Positions 63,880 through 64,000 of a DNA stretch of 64,000 nucleotides are shown here, piece after piece. The notes under the pieces were generated by a model. It saw only the letters and a program-made list of their open reading frames with translations, did not search any database and had not been told where the DNA came from. Made by a program: the position numbers and the translations under genes. Origin of the DNA: an uncultured Candidatus Rokubacteria bacterium (GTDB lineage: Bacteria > Methylomirabilota > Methylomirabilia > Rokubacteriales > CSP1-6); NCBI GenBank assembly GCA_963754315.1, contig CAVWFS010000007.1, forward strand, positions 96,001-160,000, written 5' to 3'. Every line of letters starts with the position of its first letter. Position 1 is the first letter of the stretch.

Positions 63880-63955
63880 TGGAGGCGGCGGTGAGAATCG
63901 AACTCACGAAATACGGGTTTTGCAGACCCGCGCCTTACCACTTGGCTACGCCGCC
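63880..63955 (-). tRNA. tRNA-Cys(GCA)
   Basis: GGCGGCGTAGCCAAGTGGTAAGGCGCGGGTCT-GCA-AAACCCG...GTTCGATTCTCACCGCCGCCTCCA. Confidence 0.97.
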
Positions 63956-63979
63956 GTGCCCACCGCTAACCGTGAGCGA

Positions 63980-64000
63980 TGGAGCGGGAAACGGGATTCG
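63980..64000 (-). tRNA. tRNA 3' end, probably tRNA-Gly (partial, cut by window edge)
   Basis: CGAATCCCGTTTCCCGCTCCA; GCGGGAA acceptor stem with U discriminator; Gly-Cys-Leu order; anticodon lies outside the window. Confidence 0.75.

Overview
High-GC diderm bacterial chromosome segment (TolC, OprD-type porin, Lgt). Gene content and intergenic repeats tentatively suggest Rokubacteria/Methylomirabilota; this is inference only. About 1-43 kb is mostly housekeeping: a MacAB-TolC-type efflux operon, nth, a DNA-repair/redox string, two ABC exporters, corA, suhB, amrB, rmuC, nadX, trxB, glcDEF, korAB, LysR-gltBD, a ChdC/Cld-like gene, moaA, a radical SAM gene and lgt. About 43.7-63.4 kb is an accessory-looking block: orphan hicA, phosphoketolase, nrfHA, an aspA-dcu-DASS-porin cassette, zwf, a Ca2+/H+ antiporter, a K+ channel and an HdeD-phosphoesterase fusion. 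It ends in gene debris and a tRNA Gly-Cys-Leu cluster. Signals the ORF track misses: (1) a selenocysteine peroxiredoxin with an in-frame UGA at the peroxidatic site and a SECIS-like hairpin; (2) 57-bp direct repeats, each holding a near-identical 19-20 codon micro-ORF, that bracket the aspartate/C4-dicarboxylate cassette; (3) a protein joining histone-H1-like repeats to a TetR C-terminal-like domain, coupled to nth; (4) a palindromic MITE-like element with a 9-bp flanking duplication; (5) an orphan GroES-like protein and a possible RRE-Memo fusion; (6) a microhomology deletion junction fusing ridA and an S74 tail-fibre remnant. Several single-base frameshifts probably reflect sequencing error. 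No CRISPR array, rRNA gene or intact transposase/integrase was seen.
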